In this document: piece after piece, positions 59,632-64,000 of the stretch
How positions within the stretch are numbered: position 1 is the stretch's first letter
How the letters are laid out: the number at the start of each line of letters is the position of its first letter
Assembly: GCA_036654455.1 (NCBI GenBank)
Contig: JAVVRZ010000002.1
Span: forward strand, 264,332 to 328,331
Direction of reading: 5' to 3'
DNA length: 64,000 nt
Origin: Clostridia bacterium
GTDB taxonomy: Bacteria > Bacillota > Clostridia > Christensenellales > CAG-314
Notes under the pieces: generated by a model
The model's database searches: none
What the model was told of the DNA's origin: nothing
Seen by the model: the letters and a program-made list of their open reading frames with translations, nothing else
Position numbers and translations under genes: made by a program

Positions 59632-60618
59632 ATGCAAATATCATTAAGTTTAGACGTTGAAAGTAAGAAATTGTTTATGTTAGTATGCCCTGAACTAACG
59701 GGCAAGAGCATTAAGCAATGTCTTGTAGAAGAATTTACATTTGAGGACAATATTTTGTCAAACGACAAATTGTCCATATTTTCTTTAATCGAACGCTTTG
59801 TCATACCCAAAATTACGTCGCTGGGGTTAAGACCTCAACAAGTCGACATCAACTTATCTTTGCCAAGTCAAATGATGGCAATAGACAAATTAGTCGTGCC
59901 TTCTCTCAATCGAAATCGCACAAACGAGTCAATTAAAGTTCAACTCAAACAAACTTATCGCAATTACAAGGATATTTTAGTCAACGTTACTAACACTACG
60001 GTCAGCAAGACTTCTCGGGAATTTATTGTTCAACTTTGCAAGCGGGACTTAATTGAGTCTATGCTCAAAGAATTTACTTCTTTTGGTTTGCAAGTTAGGT
60101 CAATTAATTTTGATTGCGTAAATATTGCCCAAGCAATTTTAAAGGAACGCCCCAAACTAGCCAAACAAACCTTTATCTTTGCTAGGTGTCTTGACGGACA
60201 GAGCGTACTAGGCGTATGTAAGGCTGGCGAATTTGTCAGCTATCTCAACTTAAATATCGGCGTTAAGCGTTGTTTTGCGCCTTCGCCAGAAACTCTTACG
60301 ATAATTAAGGAAGCCGAACGCAAAGGCAAGGCTATTGAGGTTGAAGAAACGCCCGAACAAACCACGGCTACCGAGACATTTGTCAACACCGACAACCTTA
60401 GATATTTATCACGCTATTTGGTAAAACTGCTTGAAGTTTACGGATTAGATACGCAAATAGAATTTATTTTGCCTAAGGGCTACGCTAACGAATTCGACGA
60501 CCTCAAAGTAGATTTATCGCTTAATACCGAGCAAATTGAGCTACCTAACTTCGACACTCACTTTGAGTTATACGGCGCTTTGCTGACTAAGCCTTTTGTA
60601 GCCAACATAAATTTATAA
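59632..60618 (+). CDS. PilM-like pilus assembly protein (tentative)
   Basis: 328 aa and cytoplasmic. Its length and local pattern resemble PilM (LSLPSQMMAIDKLVVPSL...ESIKVQLKQ..., FGLQVRSINFDCVNIAQAIL). Its position inside the pilus operon supports the call. Not verified. Confidence 0.4.
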   Translation: MQISLSLDVESKKLFMLVCPELTGKSIKQCLVEEFTFEDNILSNDKLSIFSLIERFVIPKITSLGLRPQQVDINLSLPSQMMAIDKLVVPSLNRNRTNESIKVQLKQTYRNYKDILVNVTNTTVSKTSREFIVQLCKRDLIESMLKEFTSFGLQVRSINFDCVNIAQAILKERPKLAKQTFIFARCLDGQSVLGVCKAGEFVSYLNLNIGVKRCFAPSPETLTIIKEAERKGKAIEVEETPEQTTATETFVNTDNLRYLSRYLVKLLEVYGLDTQIEFILPKGYANEFDDLKVDLSLNTEQIELPNFDTHFELYGALLTKPFVANINL

Positions 60619-61049
60619 TGAAATTATTTAGCAAGAGAGGATTTACCATAGTTGAAGTTGTAATTTCGGCAGTTGTGCTAGGCATAGTAATTGTAGCCAT
60701 AGCGTCTACTTCGATTATGACTATTAATTTACGTCGTAAGACTGACGTAAAGCAGAACTGTATACTTGTTTCTAACAATATTTGGGAAGTTTTTGTAAGC
60801 GACAACACTCTAACTTCTCTAATCTCTGTTTATCCTTTTAGCGTGAGTGACATTGCAAAGAAAGAATCCACCATTTATTTTGACGCTAATTGGCAGAACA
60901 TTACTAATGCAGCGCCCGAAGAAGTTAAATATACGGTAAGGGTTGTAAGAATTGTAGATGTTAACCAGTTAAAGATAGACGCTATTACTATTACCATAAC
61001 AGACTTTAACAATCAAGTCTTATTTGTTCTTTCTAGCGAGGCGAAGTAA
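60618..61049 (+). CDS. Minor pilin/pseudopilin
   Basis: 143 aa with prepilin motif MKLFSKRG|FTIVEVVISAVVLGIVIVAIA. The start overlaps the upstream stop. Confidence 0.7.
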   Translation: MKLFSKRGFTIVEVVISAVVLGIVIVAIASTSIMTINLRRKTDVKQNCILVSNNIWEVFVSDNTLTSLISVYPFSVSDIAKKESTIYFDANWQNITNAAPEEVKYTVRVVRIVDVNQLKIDAITITITDFNNQVLFVLSSEAK

Positions 61050-61405
61050 TGAAAAAGAATGAAGGTTTTATTTTAGCTTATACTATTATAGTAATGATTT
61101 TGTGTTTTGCAATCTGTATGACTCTTGTAGGCGTAGTTAGCAATTACTTTACTTATAATAAAGCGCAAGAGAAAATTTTGCTGGCTAAGGTTGCAACTGA
61201 TTGCAAGATTATGCAATTTGAGTTTGATTGCGAGCATTATACTTATGTAGACGACACAAATTTAACTACTTTTGTTCAAGGTAAGTTAGGCGGTATAGAT
61301 ATCGGTACAAAAAAGATTACCTATGTAGCAAACGGAGTAATTGTGGTATTTGACTATGTTGTGTCAGGTAATATATTAACGTTGACTGTTTACAGCAAGG
61401 GGTAG
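61049..61405 (+). CDS. ComGG-like pseudopilin lacking Glu5
   Basis: 118 aa. MKKNEG|FILAYTIIVMILCFAI resembles B. subtilis ComGG (TRGFIYPAVL). The start overlaps the upstream stop. Confidence 0.5.
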   Translation: MKKNEGFILAYTIIVMILCFAICMTLVGVVSNYFTYNKAQEKILLAKVATDCKIMQFEFDCEHYTYVDDTNLTTFVQGKLGGIDIGTKKITYVANGVIVVFDYVVSGNILTLTVYSKG

Positions 61406-61408
61406 CTA

Positions 61409-62179
61409 ATGGACGTTTTAATTTACATTTTAGTGGGCATTACAGGAGCTTGTTTTGGTAGCTTTGCTAATGTTCTTATATATAGGTTGCCTAACAATAT
61501 GTCGATAGTTAGCCCTGATTCGCACTGCGTAAGTTGCAACCACCCAATTAGTTGGTACGACAACTTGCCAATAATTTCTTACATAATTTTGCGTGGTAGA
61601 TGTCGATATTGCAAGGCTAAGTTTAGCCCTCGTTATATGATAGTCGAGCTGCTAACGGCAATATTATTTTGTCTTGCGCTTATGTGGTTTGGCATTAATT
61701 ACTATACGATTATAGTTTGTCTTGCCCTTGTGACTATGCTTGCTATATTTTTTATAGACTGGGAGCATCAAATTATTCCCGATAGCTTAGTAATCGCCCT
61801 ACTTGTTTGCGGTATTGCCTCAATGTTTTTTAGCAATGTTGTTTGGTGGGAAAGACTTGTTGGCTTTGCAGGTTGCGGACTGATATTGTTTTTAATAGGT
61901 CTATTGACAAGCAAGATTGCTAAGAAGGACGCCTTAGGTTTTGGCGACGTTAAGTTAGTCGCCGTTTGCGGACTTCTTGTCGGCTACAAGGCGGGGCTAC
62001 TAGCTATATTTATGGCTAGCGTATTTGCCGGAATATACTTGTTATTTATCAAGATAGTAAAAAAACAAAGCATAGACAAACCCTTTGGATTTGCGCCCTT
62101 TTTGACCTTAGCCTTTGCCATTTGTATGTTTTTCGGCGACATAATAGTTAAATGGTATTTTGGATTATTTGCAATTTGA
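61409..62179 (+). CDS. pilD: Prepilin peptidase (A24 family, PilD/ComC)
   Basis: 256 aa with the N-terminal Cys motifs CFGSF...CVSCNHPISWYDNLPI...GRCRYC and the catalytic Asp motif GFGDVKL. Confidence 0.88.
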   Translation: MDVLIYILVGITGACFGSFANVLIYRLPNNMSIVSPDSHCVSCNHPISWYDNLPIISYIILRGRCRYCKAKFSPRYMIVELLTAILFCLALMWFGINYYTIIVCLALVTMLAIFFIDWEHQIIPDSLVIALLVCGIASMFFSNVVWWERLVGFAGCGLILFLIGLLTSKIAKKDALGFGDVKLVAVCGLLVGYKAGLLAIFMASVFAGIYLLFIKIVKKQSIDKPFGFAPFLTLAFAICMFFGDIIVKWYFGLFAI

Positions 62180-62236
62180 CCGCAAATAACGTATAATATT
62201 AGTTAAATCATTTTTAAGAAACTAAGGAGGAATAAG

Positions 62237-63478
62237 TTGCAGAAATTTAAATATTTGGCTATTGATGTCAATAGAAAGAAATATCGAGGACTTTTCCTTG
62301 CGGAAAACGAGGACGACTTACAACAGCAGTTGGCTCGTCAAAAATTATATTTAGTTAAGGCTGTTTCACTATCTAACAAGTCGCCCACCAGCGACTTCTT
62401 TGCCATTTCAAGTAGAGTTAAGCCTGCGGAGATTACAAATTTTAGTAGGCAATTCTCAATTATGATAAATTCCGCTGTACCTATTGTTAAGTGTATCGAA
62501 ACGCTTAAAGAGCAGAGTTACTCATCTCTATTTAAAAAAGTTTTAAATATTGTTTACGAAGATATATTGTCGGGCGTACTCTTGTCGCAAGCCTTTGCTA
62601 AGCACAAGAAAGTTTTCCCGACCTTTTTTGTAAGTATGATTTCGGTAGGCGAAGTTAGCGGTAAGCTTGACCAAATTTTAAACAAACTTGCCTCGTATTA
62701 TGAAAATAATGAAAAAATAAGAAATAAGGTTCGTACGGCGACAGCTTACCCGACTATGCTGTTCTTTATGATTATTGCCGTAGTTATAATCTTATTTACC
62801 TTTGTTTTACCGATGTTTAAGGAATCTCTTGAAAAAATGGGCGTCGAACTGCCTGCGCTTACAAGAACGCTATTTGCAATCAACGACTTCTTGCAGAATA
62901 ACGGTATGTATTTGCTAATTGTTCTACTTTGTTTAGTCGCTCTATTGATTATGGTCGGCGCTTCAAAAAAAGGCAGACTTTTCTTTGATAAATTAAAGAT
63001 GAAATTACCTTTGTTTAGCGCCGTTTCACGTGCCTCAATCGCCTCTAAATTTGCAGGTGGTTTTGGAATACTCTTGTCTAGCGGTATGTCGATTGTAGAC
63101 GCAATGGAACTTATGGGCAAACTTCTTGGCAACAAGTACGCCGAACAACTTTACGACGAGGCAGTATTCGAAGTCAAGCGAGGCGTGCCGATTTCTATTG
63201 CGCTAGAAGGTAAGAATATATTTCCCGGCATACTTATACAGATGATTTCGGTCGGCGAAAGTACCGGCGCAATGGACGAGATACTTTTACGCACAACCGG
63301 CTACTTTGACGAACGCCTTGCCGAAACAATGCAACGCATAACTTCAATAATCGAGCCTGCAATGCTTATTTTTATGGGCGTAATCGTTTGCATAGTAGTG
63401 CTTGCCGTATATACCCCAATGCTTAGTATTATGGAGTCGCTAGACGGTACGACAACGCCGGATATACCTACGCCCTAG
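62237..63478 (+). CDS. pilC: Type IV pilus platform protein (GspF/PilC family)
   Basis: 413 aa. TTG start 6 nt after SD AGGAGG. Two T2SS-F repeats and three TMs. Confidence 0.85.
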   Translation: MQKFKYLAIDVNRKKYRGLFLAENEDDLQQQLARQKLYLVKAVSLSNKSPTSDFFAISSRVKPAEITNFSRQFSIMINSAVPIVKCIETLKEQSYSSLFKKVLNIVYEDILSGVLLSQAFAKHKKVFPTFFVSMISVGEVSGKLDQILNKLASYYENNEKIRNKVRTATAYPTMLFFMIIAVVIILFTFVLPMFKESLEKMGVELPALTRTLFAINDFLQNNGMYLLIVLLCLVALLIMVGASKKGRLFFDKLKMKLPLFSAVSRASIASKFAGGFGILLSSGMSIVDAMELMGKLLGNKYAEQLYDEAVFEVKRGVPISIALEGKNIFPGILIQMISVGESTGAMDEILLRTTGYFDERLAETMQRITSIIEPAMLIFMGVIVCIVVLAVYTPMLSIMESLDGTTTPDIPTP

Positions 63479-63584
63479 CGTGATTACTATAAATTGCTTG
63501 TTTAATTAAGCTAAGCAATTTAAAGAGCAATTAAGAAAGTTACAATAATTTATTGACAAATAATTGTTAATATTAAAAGCTATT

Positions 63585-63612
63585 AAAAACAATTAAGCAA
63601 AAACAATTAAGC
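63585..63612 (+). repeat. Perfect 14-nt tandem repeat in the pilC-pilB spacer
   Basis: AAAAACAATTAAGC occurs twice (63585-63598, 63599-63612) and is followed by the partial copy AAAAATTG. Confidence 0.85.
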
Positions 63613-63668
63613 AAAAATTGTTTAAGAAAATAATACAAACTTAAATAATTGAAATTAAAGGGATAATT

Positions 63669-64000
63669 ATGTTATTTAATCAACAAAGAGCAATTATTAT
63701 CGCATCGAAGAAATATTTAAGGAAGTCTGTGCTACGTGAAACGCTAAACCAAGCAGAGCAGACTAACCAACCCTTGTTAACGCTACTAAAAGCTAGGGCA
63801 TTACTTACCGATATGCAAATACTCAACGTCGAAGCGCAATTTTATAATTTAGCTTGCGTTGACCTAGAAATGCTTACGATAGACCAAGATTTATTTAACT
63901 CCGTTTCCTATCTTTTTTTAAAGCGGTTTTCAATCGTTCCCGTTAAAAAATTAGCTAGTGGCAGTGTTTTATATGCAATAGGCGATGTGGTAGACGGTTA
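63669..64000 (+). CDS. pilB: Type IV pilus assembly ATPase (GspE/PilB family), N-terminal fragment running off the window
   Basis: The frame is open from the ATG at 63669 to the window end (110 codons) and is not in the ORF track. It has a T2SSE_N/MshEN-like pattern (LLTLLKARALLTDMQILNVEAQFYNLACVDLE...LKRFSIVPVKKL...LYAIGD). Confidence 0.6.
   Translation, partial: MLFNQQRAIIIASKKYLRKSVLRETLNQAEQTNQPLLTLLKARALLTDMQILNVEAQFYNLACVDLEMLTIDQDLFNSVSYLFLKRFSIVPVKKLASGSVLYAIGDVVDG

Noticed and set aside
62746-63135. 129-aa minus-strand ORF inside pilC, and similar antisense ORFs (for example 54462-54806, 47995-48300, 16401-16721)
   Set aside because: They are fully embedded antisense to confidently assigned genes and have no independent signals.

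Overview
This is a 64-kb chromosomal segment from a low-GC, Bacillota-like bacterium using the standard genetic code (TGA is a stop, and an RF2 +1 frameshift site is present). Genes are densely packed, mostly on the + strand, and almost all are housekeeping:
- DNA repair and replication: addB-addA, recF, gyrB-gyrA, recD2-comFC.
- Translation and secretion: argS, rsmA, ychF, tilS-hpt, secA-prfB, tsaD.
- Metabolism and envelope: a split transketolase, uppP, a SAM-I riboswitch with metK, an M32 carboxypeptidase, spoVG, murC, psuK-psuG.
- Transport: a heterodimeric ABC exporter, two GPH-family transporters, a P-type ATPase.
- RNA genes: a four-gene tRNA cluster (fMet-Met-Glu-Val, minus strand).

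I found no CRISPR array, integrase, transposase, rRNA or recognisable defence system. I cannot point to a clear-cut new multi-gene system, but three places deserve a second look.
1. An orphan two-gene module sits between uppP and tilS (32.3-34.5 kb). It encodes a collagen-like (27 G-X-Y triplets) phage-tail-fibre-like protein. This is translationally coupled to a Listeria-Bacteroides-repeat protein whose N-terminus, MFTNLQLF|A, looks like the L27/phage-capsid Prp protease cleavage motif. Neither protein has a signal peptide. A four-CxxC 48-aa mini-protein missing from the ORF track is transcribed divergently from them.
2. A type IV pilus / Com-like locus (58.0 kb to the window end) has unusual gene order. 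It also carries two tandem major-pilin paralogues with near-identical ends and a divergent core.
3. Four genes (recF, the ABC exporter, tilS, psuK) show a recurrent signature of leaderless mRNAs: a -10 element (TGn-extended in three of the four) lies 6-7 nt before the ATG and there is no Shine-Dalgarno.

Several ORF-track starts were moved to internal ATGs with good ribosome-binding sites (gyrB, argS, ychF, murC, both pilins, the second GPH transporter, the collagen-like gene). prfB was reconstructed across its programmed frameshift. All family assignments rest on motif recognition by eye; no database search was run.
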